A stretch of DNA of 34,624 nt from Halocafeteria seosinensis (GCA_001687465.1 LVLI01000696.1:62001-96624), one strand, 5' to 3'. Positions 10,867-22,950 are shown, numbered from the stretch's first letter. Made by a program: numbers and translations. Notes: generated by a model from the sequence alone, not told the origin.

Positions 10867-12097
10867 TTAAGATTCATCAGTACCAGTACTACTGTAGCGC
10901 TGACGCTGTTGAGACGGTTCTGACGAACCACGCCGCCACGCACCAATGTTGTCAAAGCCGCCTCCAGCTTTTGTGTTTGCGGATCGCGGAGGGTAGCTTT
11001 GTTGTTCCGGTTGAGGCTCATCGGAGGAGATATCACTGCGCTGTCTCCAGGAGGGTAACGCCAAAGAGCCTGGCCTAGTGACTTTGTTATTGTCATTTCC
11101 AACGTCATACCGACCTCTCCCGAATCCACGCCCTGTCTTATTTGGACCTGTTGCCGTATGTGGCCCCCGCGATTGTGGATTCATGTTTCCTGGCTGAGAT
11201 GGACGATTAGGGTCTCCTTGTTGCTGCGGACGCCTGAATCCCCGAAGGAACACCTGATTGCCTCCAGCATTTCGATCATTCTGATTTCTACTCGGGTCAT
11301 CGCCTGCTAGAAGTCCCTCAAAACTGCGCACGTCAGTATTCTCGTTGCGCGCCGGCTGCTGCTGATGCTCATTAAGACCTGTAGTGTTATCCTTGCTTCC
11401 TTCTGGTGGCTCGTAGAACCGTTTGTACTTTAGAGGTACCCAGTGAGGTAAATCTAACACTCGTTGCAATGTCTCTCTGTAACAAGCATTGGAGATCAAG
11501 ACCTACTCAATGACCGATGCGACGCGAAGCCAACCTACTTGATTTTTGTGATTGCATCAGCGTTATCTGCATGTCTATTCCACACCGCGATTGAATCTCT
11601 GGTAGGGGATATATTCACAGCAGCTCCACATATCTCATTGCCTACGTCGAATTGCTCTCCAATCATGGCCAAAATCAGAGACTCCCAGTAATGACTGGCC
11701 AATCCTTTGCGCAACCGAACGACCCAACGCCCACCTTTGGCGTTTGCTGGATCCTCCCACATGGGCTTGATCCCGTGTTTAAAGAGGAACAAGTCCACTG
11801 GTTCCTGGATGTCATTGGGACGATAAATGTGGCCATAGAGCCTCCAAAAGCCTTGAACTGTATCAAACGAGCCCAAAGGCTGCACTTCATTCGTCCACTG
11901 CTCCTTGCTATCTCCCAAAGCAGACTGCATCAAAGACTCACGTATATCCGAAGCAATAAAAATTGGAGTTAAAAAAAAATTGAAAATTGGAGCTCATGTA
12001 CCTTTTGAATGTACCAAAATGTCCATCCATGTTGCAATGGCGCAGGGGAAGAAGATGTATCCTCTTCTGCTACAAGTCTGTTATTGCCTCCACTCAT
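10867..12097 (-). CDS. eIF4E-family cap-binding protein, 4EHP/eIF4E2-like core with long disordered C-tail (3 exons)
   Basis: ATG at 12097. Motifs PLQHGWTFWY, FDTVQGFWRLY, IKPMWEDPANAKGGRWVVRLRKGLASHYWESLILAMIGEQF, SIAVWNR. GT-AG introns 12001..11925 and 11538..11477. Confidence 0.92.
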
Positions 12098-12367
12098 CGT
12101 GTAACACTACAGCCAACCACCAGTTGAGAAATTTATGCTTTATATTCCTAAGCGTGTTGTGTTATGCGGCATACGTGAGTAAATCAAGCAGTGATGGAGT
12201 CGAAATACCATTGATGGACCTTCTGAACACCTTCAATAGAACATAGGGAACAAACAATTGTTGGACTTCACACCATCGATGAATCGACGATGATTCGACG
12301 ATGAACCGATGCTAGAGTGTAGACAGAGGTGCCAAGCTGAGATGCTTTTTAGAAAATTTATAGTGCG

Positions 12368-12945
12368 TTAGGCATTGTAGCGAAGGGGAGACGAACAACC
12401 AGAATACGATGGCGTACCATATGGTACAAGTTGTACAATTGTAACCAGTTGGAAAGGGGGAGGACAGGATGATCTACAATTAGTGTGTGTGTATGGTTGT
12501 TTCGAACCTGCGGGGGGAAGAGTAGCAAATGTACGATGTTCTTGATCCAAACGAAATGATACAGGCTTTGTTTTCTTACGAGCGGCAGATGCAGCAGTGG
12601 CGCTGTTAGATTCTTCCTCTCCCAGGAATGCCTTCATGCCATCCTCCTCCACTGTACTACAATGGAGAGCAAGTCCCCTCGGAAACCCGGTGGCTCTTCA
12701 GCTGCCAAAGGGAAACAGGGAAATCGCAGCCGGAGGAAAGTGTGCCAAATGGAAGACGAAGAGGAGCATGAGAGGAAAGACTCTACCGAGGAAACTCCAG
12801 TCTCAACTTCCCCGTCTCCTGATGCCTCTATGAATTGAAATGATTCAGTTTTCTTTCTCTTGCGAGCAGCGCATGCCACAGTGGTGTCGTTAGCTTCTTC
12901 TGGTTTCTCCCCCCGGAAGAATTCATCCTCGCTCTCACGAGACAT
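12368..12945 (-). pseudogene. Possible degenerate or short gene with an internal peptide repeat
   Basis: Two overlapping out-of-frame ORFs share EEANDTTVACAARKRKKTESFQF / EESNSATAASAARKKTKPVSFRL. No clean splice joining them was found. Confidence 0.25.
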
Positions 12946-13544
12946 GTCGATCGTTTACACTTTTTGCTGTGTACAGTTGTACACTGCTACTAAGGAGACC
13001 ACATTCAGGAGTGTGTATTCGTATTGCTCCTACCGGAAGAGTCCTAGTCTACATGCTACTGGTTACAGAATTAGCAAGCCGTTGATAATGTGTATTTGAA
13101 TCATGCCGGAAATTTGAGATTAAGAATTCTACTCTAGAGAGTATTGGCTTACTGTTGTGTGTTAGAAAGGGATTTCGTGTGCGGCCGGTACCCTCAAACT
13201 CCAAGGTGGCATTTGTTGTGAGGAATGTGCATTGGGAACTGCGCGGCACTACACTGTAGCCCCTTTAATCCCGTAACTCTCCAAGCCTTCTCCAGAAGTT
13301 TGAAGTGTGCTTCTTTCCTCGATTTAAATTCTCTTGCACCTCGACCTCTACTACGGCTACGGTAGCTACCCCCGTGTAAATGTTTCTGGTACTCATACGA
13401 AAAGCTTCTTGTTTACTATCATGTACTATCATCCGATCAAATCAAATCCAAACAACTACAGAAAGGACACAGGTAAAAGAACCCAAAAAACCGAAGGAAA
13501 GGAAGTTACAAGGCACTGAAAGTGATACACAGTCACGTCTTCCG

Positions 13545-14580
13545 TTATCGCTTTGTTCGTCTGTATACACGCACTACTCTACACGTCCCAGTAGAAATAA
13601 CGAAAGTACCGTTTCCATTCTTACCAAGTATAAAAGGTGCGGTAAAAAATCCTTCCCGTAATCGGTCAAGCATCTTCACCTTGTGGTACATGAAACGAAG
13701 GCATGTATGATCAACAGTGTGATGCAACACAAGGCGCAGAAATTAGCTCCTGCCTGAATTGCCCAACATTGACATTAAGTTTTGGGGTCCTCCAGCGCTT
13801 TGACGATAATTTTGCGGAAAGAAGGTTCTTAGAACAGTTTGAGCCAACTGCAAATGATAACAACACAGTGCGTTCTGTAGCGTTACGTGATCAATGGGAG
13901 ACCCTAACTTACTTGCAGCAGCTGTGGGTCTCTCTGCAGGGATCGTCCATATCTCCTCATCAGCAGCTCAAAGAGCTCAGCCGCATCTCTCTGATGAAAG
14001 GAAAGATGACACAATGTCAACATCAATGCTTCATCGCTTCAGAACGCCGTCCCATACCTCTAACACGAGCAATATAAATTTTAAGAAATTCATTAAAGGT
14101 GTTTCTATAAGATCCTGGTCATGCTCCTCCTCCAGTCTTTCGCAGCATGCTTTGAATATCTGATTAGCGTATCCTAGCTTCCCAAGGGTCAGAACTCTGC
14201 ATGAAACAGCGTTGTACTGAAATTGGAACTGAAAGAAACGTTGTCTGGAGAACTGACTTGAGTACCGTCCTAGCCACAAATAAGTCCTTTTCCCCCCTGT
14301 ACCCCAGCTTGCTGTAATCTATAATACACGACCCAAACCTGGGCCAAGAGAGTTTTGTCTTACAAGGACGGTTCCAGCACATTGTTAAAGCGACACGTAC
14401 TCTTGCGGAGCATCCGCGTACAAAAAATGGGCTAGTGCCTCGTTCCAATGCTCGCAATTTCGTGCGGTTAAGGCATACCAACGATACAGTAAAGGATCCG
14501 TTGACTTCCTTGTGACAGTACCAATACTACTCGTGTTTGCATCATTACTCCACCTGTCAACGTCAGTTTGCATGCGCATG
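13545..14580 (-). pseudogene. Possible decayed multi-exon gene of unknown family
   Basis: Protein-like helical fragments interrupted by stops (QIFKACCERLEEEHDQDLIETPLMNFLKFILLVLEVWDGVLKR*, WLKLF*EPSFRKIIVKALEDPKT*), with intron-like gtaagt..ttgcag signals on the minus strand. Confidence 0.3.
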
Positions 14581-15397
14581 TACTCTCTATGCCTACTAGG
14601 GATAGCGACTACTCACTCGATAGCTCGTTTTAGCCATGCTAGTTTCGATGACGAATCAGGAAATTGTTTGTATAGGCGCCTTAGATGATCTGTAGAAACA
14701 AAGTATTGCATTGAAGTTACACAACCGTGTCGCGCATGCATGTCTACCTACTCTTGCGCACGGAGACCGACGATGCTCCGGGCGTCTTTTCCCACAAGTC
14801 GATCATTGCTTGCAGTAGATCCCTAGCTTCCTCGAGCTGCCATACATAACCTAACATGGAATTTGTTCCAGTCCGCGTTGTAGCCGGAAAGACACTTATC
14901 ATACCTGGTTCTTCTCTGTCAGAAGTTGAGCTCCATCTACATACAGCCGAGTAGCTCCCTGGATGTCTTTTTGGTTCTCCCGTCTGTAATTTTTTTCACT
15001 CCCATTGAGATGCAGTTGCAAGCCAGCAAAGACAAGCATTGTAATCGTGCGAATTACCTTCTTGCATAGGTCCTATACATCTGTAAAGCGCTATAAAAGT
15101 CCCCTCGATCCAGACTCTCCTGCAGAGTCTGTTTGATTTTCTCCTCTTTCCCTTTCGGCCTCTGCTGGGCCGACGAGGTCGAATCAGCTGCCATTTTCTC
15201 CCTCTGCTATCCTATACTGGACGAATTAACGTGCCTACACCATTCAAACCTCGCCTATTGCCGTGTCATTCCATTCACTAGCACTGTTGTGGATCAGCTT
15301 CACAAACCAGGATTGGCCAGGGACTGATGCAATCGCAGTAGTGTAGAGAATTGATTGATACGAGGATAGACGCGGGCAAAAGAAATCAAGAGGAGCC

Positions 15398-16482
15398 ATG
15401 TCAGCGGCAGTAGCGTCTCCCTCCCACCGTACGGGTCGGAAACTGCGAATATTAGCGTTGCACGGGTTTTTGCAAAATGCCACCATGTTCCGGCAAAAGA
15501 CAGCAGGTACGTGGGATCAATTTGGGAAGCGCGTCACTGGCTAGTACGGAGCGGTAAACTTGGAACTGGTCGGGTTAGTGCAGCCCTTCGGAAGCACCTG
15601 AAAAGTGTGGCGGAATTCGACTATATTGATGGACCGATTAGATTGAACAATACTTCCTGGCAGGACTTGGTGGCAGAGGGAGGTGGAACCTTGGAAGGCA
15701 ACGGGGAACTCTCAGAAACTGCCAAGTCGCTAATTTATCGCAGCAGCACTGAAACATCTGCTAACGAGGGAAACGGTGATGAGCAAGTGGATAGTGAACA
15801 AGATGTCCCCTTGTATTCCTGGTTCCATTTCAAGGACAGAGCAGCTCCTGCTATAGGATTCCAGGAAACCACGGAAAAGTATCTCGATGAATACATACGG
15901 AAGAATGGTTGGTTTGCTGCTCTGCATTGTGTTAGAGTATATATCTAATGCTGCTAGTTATGAATAACCCGCGTATTATGCAGGGCCCTACGATGGAATT
16001 CTGGCGTTTAGCCAAGGAGCTTGTTCGGCTGCCGCCTATGCCATGTCTTTGAGTAACGACAAAGAGAGAGCAAAAGAGGTCAATAATGGACCGGTTCGGT
16101 TTGTTGTCTTATATAGTGGCTTTCCTAAAGCGGGGGTGACACCTGAAGGTATGCTCGTGCGCTAAGGTTTTTGTGACGAGAGTGTTGAGTGTGTTTGGAA
16201 TGTGCAGAGCAAAAAACCCTTCCAATTCATTCGATGCACGTTATGGGTGTAAAGGATGAAAACATCCCCAATGCGAGGAGTCTACAGCTTGCAAGAATGT
16301 TTCAACCTGCCGATATGGAGCTGCAAGACGAAAATGAGATCTCCAGCACCGGTCCAGATACTTCTGTATACAAGATTTTGGAAAAGCACGAAGGAGCACA
16401 TTATGTACCTGGTGACAAACAATCCCGTAACGCTGTAAAAAGCTTTCTCAGTACTGTTAGAGATAGGCTGGGCACTGAGTGA
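15398..16482 (+). CDS. FSH1/OVCA2-like serine hydrolase (4 exons)
   Basis: RILALHGFLQNA N-terminal motif, GPYDGILAFSQG nucleophile elbow, SMHVMGVKDENIP (Asp) and HEGAHYVP (His). First intron 15507..15583. Confidence 0.9.
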
Positions 16483-17488
16483 CAAACCATTCCAAGTCTT
16501 GTTATCAGAGACAGAGGAAATTAGTCCAGCAATACGTTACTAGCGGCCGCATCTCGAAAGAATTCGCCCCACTTGCAGTAGGAGGCCAAGTGCGGCTGCA
16601 CTGGACTTTGATGTTCTCCATTCTCTATTCGTCGGGATTTCCCACGGGTGTAAGTCCTGGCTGACTTGGATATTACGTGCCTACTTCGCTATGCGTGGAC
16701 TCACGCGGCGGCTGTCAACGTTTGTGTTCTGGTAAGGGTGTTGCTCCTTCCGGCACGGACTCATACTTAATTACTTGAGCTGATGCGGGGATTCTCCTCA
16801 TCACGTTCCAGTCATGAGTTCCCAAATTCGTCATTGATGTGAATCATAGTGAATTACCCGAAGCCCACGCGTTGTGTGCGAGCGATTAGTCGCTGATACG
16901 AGCAATGTACACTTTGAGTCTCGGCGCTTAATCGGTCATACCAACACAGCACAACGCAAATAGCATACAGTAGTAGCTTTCCGATACAGGATTCATACAA
17001 GCACGAATAAAGTCAATGTATGGCATTTACATTTTTGTTCTAGCAATGGTACACGATAGGGCTTACAAAGGATATACTCCGGTAATACAAGAGCACAACC
17101 ACTATTAGAAAAAATACAGATTGCGCTTTTTTAAGCCTTTACCGAGCTGAACAATTCTTGAAAACTTCATAAACGGGAAACGTTCAAACTTCTTTCCACT
17201 GGAACTAGGAAGGCTAACTTGTGAACGTTTGCCATACGATAACTGGACTCCGAAATGCCAGCTAGTCGACATGTGCGAAGCTACCTAAACAAATACATAC
17301 GTCAAACTTCCGCCTGGCACACTGCTGCTTGTCAGGGCTTTCAACGCGTTTTTGACTTGCTTACAGCTCACAGTGTGGTCCACTGTGTGGACTATCGACA
17401 AGTTGAAGTTTGAGTGGATACTTTCCGTCTCAGATTTGGGTTGTTTCGCTTGTATTGTGTTCAAGATAGACATTCATAGGTTTAAGCG

Positions 17489-20107
17489 ATGGAGGGAGAT
17501 CAGGAGCGTTTGTCTAATGATGAAGAGGAGGAGGAAGAAGAGAGTGACAAGGGTAACCCGCCATGGACCGAGGAAGTGTTGAACAAGCTTCAAGACAGAA
17601 ATGCACAAGAAAGAGACCCTTTTCAGAGCATTGCACAGGCCTATTCGGCGATTACACAACAGAATCAGCAGCTGAAACAGCAAGTACTTCACTTGGAACG
17701 ACAGCTATCCTTGTTCGAAACGTGAGTACTTTCGAACCGGACGTGGGAATTCAGTTTGTGAAGACTATATGTGGGAGCCGCAGAATCGAGGACAATTCGG
17801 GTGATGACCAATCGGGAGAACAAGGAACTGGTAATAGGCGCAATAGTTCGTCGGCCACACGACTGCTGTCCTCTTCCTCCCCTGAGGCCATGCAGCGAAA
17901 GATTAACGAGCTACAGGATGAGATCCGTGCCGTCTATAAACAGGAAGAAGAGAGTAAGAAGCTAAAACACCTATAGTCATGACGGTACTTTTGAACGTGT
18001 GGAACTGTCAATATGCAACGCAGCGTCTCGTGAAAAAGTAAAAGTAACCCAAGAAAAAGACGAACTTCAGCATTCACTTCGAAGCAAAGAATCGGCGTAA
18101 GTGTCTACCCGTTCGCCATTGAGGATGAGAAACGACTCAGACATGCGTGTTTGTAATTGGCTGCAGGCTCTCTCAATGCAATGCCAAAATAGAGGCTCTT
18201 GAGGAAGAGTTAAAGTCGACTCAGGGAAAGCTGACAGAAACCCGATCCGTTTGTGATACTTTGAAGAATGAGCTCTTAAGCGAGCGGGTACGGTTGCTGC
18301 GTGGTCACTCAAAGTATTTACTTATTACACCATAAATAGAAGCACTCTACGGCTTTATGTTCTGCAGAAAGCTAGAGAACGAGCAGAAGGTGAAAGTGAG
18401 ACGCTTAGACAGCGAACCGAAGAACTTGAAAACCGGATATTAGATGAAAAACTGAAGAGCGTCGAGCAGTTAAATGGTATGAATGACGCGAATGAACAGT
18501 TACGCCAACGAATCCAACGGCTTGAAAAGGCTCAACAAGGTCGAGTAAGTAGAAAATAGGTGTTACTCTCGTATGTTTTAGCTATAGTTTAAGTAGCAAA
18601 GCGCTTGGTATTGGTATATTCAGGAAGCAAGTAGCTCTGGCACGGGCATCGCCGACTGCATCGTGGAGGAGGATTACGTTGATGTAGGATTTTCAACTAC
18701 CAGCTCATCCTCTGGGAGTAAACAGCCATCTAGAATCCACACGGGCATTCCAAATTCGGGTGCGATTCAATTTGTAAGGCATTATGGTCTCGTCAATACC
18801 GCTGCGCCGCAAATACGGTACATCTCATTTCTTCCACCGCGCAGAAAGCTCACAGTAATGATATCAACCGGATAAAGTTCTCATCGACCTCCTCTTTAAT
18901 CTCAACAGCAGGAAGTGATGGAAAGGTTAAGCTGTGGGACTTCAACTCCAGTCGACTAAGGGCCACATTTCAGAGTGGGGGGCGGACGGGCGCTGCAATT
19001 GGATTGGATTTGAGTACAAAATCCATTTCTGCAAGTTTTAGTGATAAAAGCGTTCAAGTGTGGGACGTAAACACTGGAGCCACACAAGTAAGCAATACGT
19101 TTTGTCACGAGTTTTTGTGTAACATACCGTTAATCATGTTTGAGCTCGAGTACAGCATACTTTGACAGGACACGCGGGAAAAGTATGCAGTATAAAATAT
19201 CCCGAACACAGCTCTGGGAGGACCCTTGTCTCGGGTAGCAACGACCGCACGGTGAAGGTCTGGGACCTTCTGGATAACGGAAAGTGTAAGCATTGTGCTT
19301 TCAACTCACGTGTGTCCTCACGTAATCGCCTTTAACGGAGGTTTTCATTTTTCTGCAGGTGTACGAACTATCTCAACGAAGAGTATAATAAACAGTATAG
19401 ATGTTTCTAACGATGGAACATTCATCGTCACGGGACATCAGGACTGCTCAGTTGCAGTGTGGGAGTTACGAAACGGTGCGAACCTGTGCATTAATACGAC
19501 ACAGCATAGAGCAGCCATAGTGCATGTGTCGTTCTTAGCCAGCAGCATGGATCGCCTAGTTTTGACGATGTCGAGAGACAATTCGGTATCAATCTTAGAT
19601 GCAAACACTCTGAAGCGGCCAGCAGATTTCCCTGCTGGGAAGAAGGATCCTTCTGTATCACCATCGTTTCGGCATCCCTCGTTTCGTCTCCACCTTAATT
19701 GGGCCCAAGCAGCAGCTTCTCCGTTTGGAGCAGAGGCGACCACAGGAGGAGCTGCGGCAAAGAAATCGATACTTCCAGGTTACGTTGCTGCTGGCAGTAC
19801 CGATGGTAATGTTTATATCTGGCAGCCTTCGCTTACACTGGAAGGAGAACCGCAGGGAGAAACTGCGATGTTCGTGCGTCCTAAACATGACGTTGCTGGC
19901 ATTCTTCCTCAGCGAGGTGACAAAGCTTTCGATTTTACTGACAAATCAAAAATTCAAGCAGCCAATCGCGCTCATGCTCAGTATATGCAACAGCAAGCCA
20001 AAGCAAATATTGAAGTACCACATGTTCATAGTGTGGATTGGTCCCGGGACGGTACAGCGTTGGCAATGGGGACGTCAACCGGTATCGTTACCGTGTGGAG
20101 CAATTAA
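17489..20107 (+). CDS. ATG16: Autophagy protein ATG16L-like (ATG5-binding helix, coiled coil, WD40 repeats), multi-exon
   Basis: N-terminal WTEEVLNKLQDRNAQERDPFQSIAQAY resembles the ATG16 ATG5-interacting helix. Long coiled-coil exons follow, then WD40 repeats (GSDGKVKLWD, GSNDRTVKVWD, TGHQDCSVAVWE, GSTDGNVYIW). Confidence 0.82.
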
Positions 20108-20173
20108 GCTTGAATAAACATAGTGACATGTAGAAGTGAGCTGTATCATTAGGAAAGATTCTGTGTCACTTTT

Positions 20174-20809
20174 CTATTGCTTGATAAAATTTCGCGCCAG
20201 AGCGTCTCGTGCTGCATTAACTGCAGATGACATGGTCATCTCGCTGTAGGTTGACTGCGCTTCAGGTACTGCCCCTTTCATAAGCACACGATCATGTACA
20301 TGTTCGGCGTCGAGTTCCAGTATAGTTCCACCTTCCACGACTTCATCTATACAGAGTAGTAAGAGTTCCAAATTTTCTAACAAGGTGATTTTATCGAGGT
20401 TATGTTTGAGGAGTGAATTAAGAGCCTCGTAGATTGCGTCCAAGACGCTGACCAAGATCAGCTCATTTTCATCCGTGGAGCCTAAGACGTAAAAGAAAAC
20501 ATCGTCGCCCAATCGATACACGACCGTATTCCCTTCCAACAAGCTAACTTCAGCTTCGAATCGCGCCTGTGAGTTCCTTGTCTTTTGATACAGTTTCTTC
20601 TCAAAGTTATGCTGCTCCTGGGTGGTCTGGAACTGCTCCTTGTTAAAGTATTTTGCAGCAATACGACGGCCCTTGGAGTCGGCCACGATGACAGCACGAA
20701 TCTCTGGAGTCCCTTCAGCCTGCATAAAATACAGAAATACGAGACTATTACGTCTATCTGTGTCTACATCTCTCCTGTTGGGAGCCAAGAAAACAGGCAC
20801 TCTTACCAT
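20174..20809 (-). CDS. COPZ1: Coatomer subunit zeta
   Basis: Longin-like domain: AVIVADSKGRRIAAKY, FEKKLYQKT, FYVLGSTDENELILVSVL, LCIDEVVEGGTILE. The ATG is followed directly by a GT-AG intron at 20806..20720. Confidence 0.95.
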   Translation of the reverse strand: MVRVPVFLAPNRRDVDTDRRNSLVFLYFMQAEGTPEIRAVIVADSKGRRIAAKYFNKEQFQTTQEQHNFEKKLYQKTRNSQARFEAEVSLLEGNTVVYRLGDDVFFYVLGSTDENELILVSVLDAIYEALNSLLKHNLDKITLLENLELLLLCIDEVVEGGTILELDAEHVHDRVLMKGAVPEAQSTYSEMTMSSAVNAARDALARNFIKQ

Positions 20810-20854
20810 GATACATAAATCTCTCTCGTGTATATATACTAACTATGGCTGTGG

Positions 20855-20879
20855 TATATATATATATATATATATATAT
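20855..20879. repeat. (TA)n microsatellite in the divergent COPZ/PEX14 intergenic region
   Basis: About 12 TA units, with shorter TA runs near 20830 and 21040. Confidence 0.95.
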
Positions 20880-21076
20880 GCTGTTACCTTGTTGTATAAA
20901 AAGAATCAATCAATACACTCTTGTATCCTCTCTGTGTGATAATCGGACAACACAGAGGCTTGGGACTCGGAGGACTTGTTACCATCAACTTGACATCAAG
21001 ATAGATAGGGTAGTTTTCTGGGTTACATACATACATATGTATATATATGCATGTGTTTCTTTGTTTTTATCTTGTT

Positions 21077-22894
21077 ATGAGCAGTGCAAGCAGCAATGAC
21101 CATGGTGGCAACCAGGAGCGACCAGTCCTCCCTCAGGGTAATGATGACGATAATGACAACAATGCAGCACGTGGAGCGGGTGTACAGCGTTGTGTTGCGT
21201 TTTTGAAACACCCCGAGGTGGTTCATATCCCCATTCAGGAGAAGACGAAATTCTTACGGCAGCAGGGATTCTCAGATTCCCAAATCTTAGAGGCTCTACA
21301 GACAGCGAATTCTCACAAGGATAACATAACCACAACAAAGGCCAAACCACAAGATAGTCGTCCGGGAAGTCGAACAATGCCAGAGGAACTCGCTGCAGAA
21401 AAGTCGAGCTCAACCTCTTGGTTTCCTGCTATTGCCGCCGTTGGTGCATCGATTTTTGGGTATCACTATGCGAGTCAACGCGGAAGCGTCAGATCGATAG
21501 GAACAGCAGAACGAGCCATTCATTCAAAGTCACTTTTGGAAGACTTGAAGGAATGGGGGACCTTTTACGTAGACGAGGTCGCGAAAGCTCTCTTGGGCGA
21601 GGACATGCCCTCGCACAACCAACATCGCGCAACGACTGCAAGTGAGGCTCCACGTACTGAGACGCAGAGCTGCTCTTCGCAAGCGGCGGCCACGCCTAAA
21701 AGTGCAGCGTTTTCAAGCACTGAGGATGCTTCAAGAAGCACCTTCCATTCGAACCATCGACGCCAAGACACAATGGAGCATTTGGAAAGTCGCGATGGCT
21801 TGCGGGCACGGCATTCGTTGCAGCCATACGGGAACATCCCCTCGAAGACAGGCGACAGCTCGTTTTGGATCGAGCAGGATGTGAAAGAATTAAAACGAGA
21901 CGTTCATGTGTTACGCAGAGACTTAGAAGATTGCACAAAACTGGTAAAAGAGCTAAAGAGTCGCGAAGATACTGCTGTACCGGTAAACAGAGCACGGTCT
22001 CCGCGATCCAGCGCAGAGGTCGTGTATGAGTATGAGTCGTCGAGCGGCGACGCCCTGGAATCGAGTCAGCAAGCTAATGGAGTCAGCAGTAACGTAGAGA
22101 AAAATATCGAATCGTTTTCCCCGGAAGCTTTGGAAGAAAAAATAAGTCGACTCTCCGCTTTCGCAGCGACTGCTCTGTCACGCTGTGTCGAAGCGAATGC
22201 GAATGGCGACTTTGCCCAAAAGAGTGGTACGCTAATGGTGTTATTTTCGAATTTAGCTAGGGATCCCGAAAATCCTCAGTACCACAAGATCCGCCTCTCG
22301 TCTTCATCATCGCTTCGCAACATTGTCTCCATCAAAAATTACTCCATGCTTTTACGCTCAGCGGGCTTTGTCCCTGCTCCCCTGTCGGAAGAAGAGAAAC
22401 TTAGTATGGAGTATTTTCAAAACAAATTTGAGCCAAAGGATGTTGAAGACATTGAGGGGGATGATAACACGACGGAGTGGGAGTGGAGTTGGGCAACTGT
22501 TGAAAGCGAGGTTGCCAGGGTGTGTGAACAAATAGGTACAGATGACGCGCCTAAGTGTCGGCCGCATAACGTGGTCAAGCATTTGACTGAAGGTATTCGG
22601 AGAGCCGTGAAGGAAACCAAAGCGAAACAAAGTAAGCCTAAGCAGCAACCTACCGAGCAATGTGACAATGGAGTCCCGGTCACTCCCAGTCCGAACAAGG
22701 GAGGTCCAAAGTTCCCCCTCAGTTTTGAAGAAGTCATTGATTGTGTGAGATCCGGAAATACCCCATCGGATGTCGAACAGGTTCCAGAGACACTTTCCTC
22801 TAGGGCAGAACAATATTCCACGAGAGAAGAAATATTGGCACGAGCTGAAGACGCCCCTGAGAAGCCCTACAGCAGAGATGAAGAGGATAAGTAG
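21077..22894 (+). CDS. PEX14: Peroxin PEX14-like with PUB-like and C-terminal KPWE-like domains
   Basis: Pex14_N (VAFLKHPEVVHIPIQEKTKFLRQQGFSDSQILEAL), a hydrophobic segment (WFPAIAAVGASIFGY), a coiled coil, a PUB-like stretch (NLARDPENPQYHKIRLSS..LLRSAGF) and C-terminal FPLSFEEVIDCVRSGNTPSDVEQVP..PEKPY. Confidence 0.85.
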   Translation: MSSASSNDHGGNQERPVLPQGNDDDNDNNAARGAGVQRCVAFLKHPEVVHIPIQEKTKFLRQQGFSDSQILEALQTANSHKDNITTTKAKPQDSRPGSRTMPEELAAEKSSSTSWFPAIAAVGASIFGYHYASQRGSVRSIGTAERAIHSKSLLEDLKEWGTFYVDEVAKALLGEDMPSHNQHRATTASEAPRTETQSCSSQAAATPKSAAFSSTEDASRSTFHSNHRRQDTMEHLESRDGLRARHSLQPYGNIPSKTGDSSFWIEQDVKELKRDVHVLRRDLEDCTKLVKELKSREDTAVPVNRARSPRSSAEVVYEYESSSGDALESSQQANGVSSNVEKNIESFSPEALEEKISRLSAFAATALSRCVEANANGDFAQKSGTLMVLFSNLARDPENPQYHKIRLSSSSSLRNIVSIKNYSMLLRSAGFVPAPLSEEEKLSMEYFQNKFEPKDVEDIEGDDNTTEWEWSWATVESEVARVCEQIGTDDAPKCRPHNVVKHLTEGIRRAVKETKAKQSKPKQQPTEQCDNGVPVTPSPNKGGPKFPLSFEEVIDCVRSGNTPSDVEQVPETLSSRAEQYSTREEILARAEDAPEKPYSRDEEDK

Positions 22895-22950
22895 GAACAG
22901 CGAAAGATGTCATATTGCTTGAAGATACAGCCCGCATCGATTCGTACGAG

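Noticed and set aside
12277..12311. Short tcgacgatga-like tandem repeats
   Set aside because: Only 3-4 degenerate ~10-nt units with no spacers; not a CRISPR array, and no function can be supported.
16500..17480. 1-kb intergenic region as a possible ncRNA locus
   Set aside because: No convincing tRNA, snRNA or C/D-box pattern was seen; a covariance-model search would be needed.
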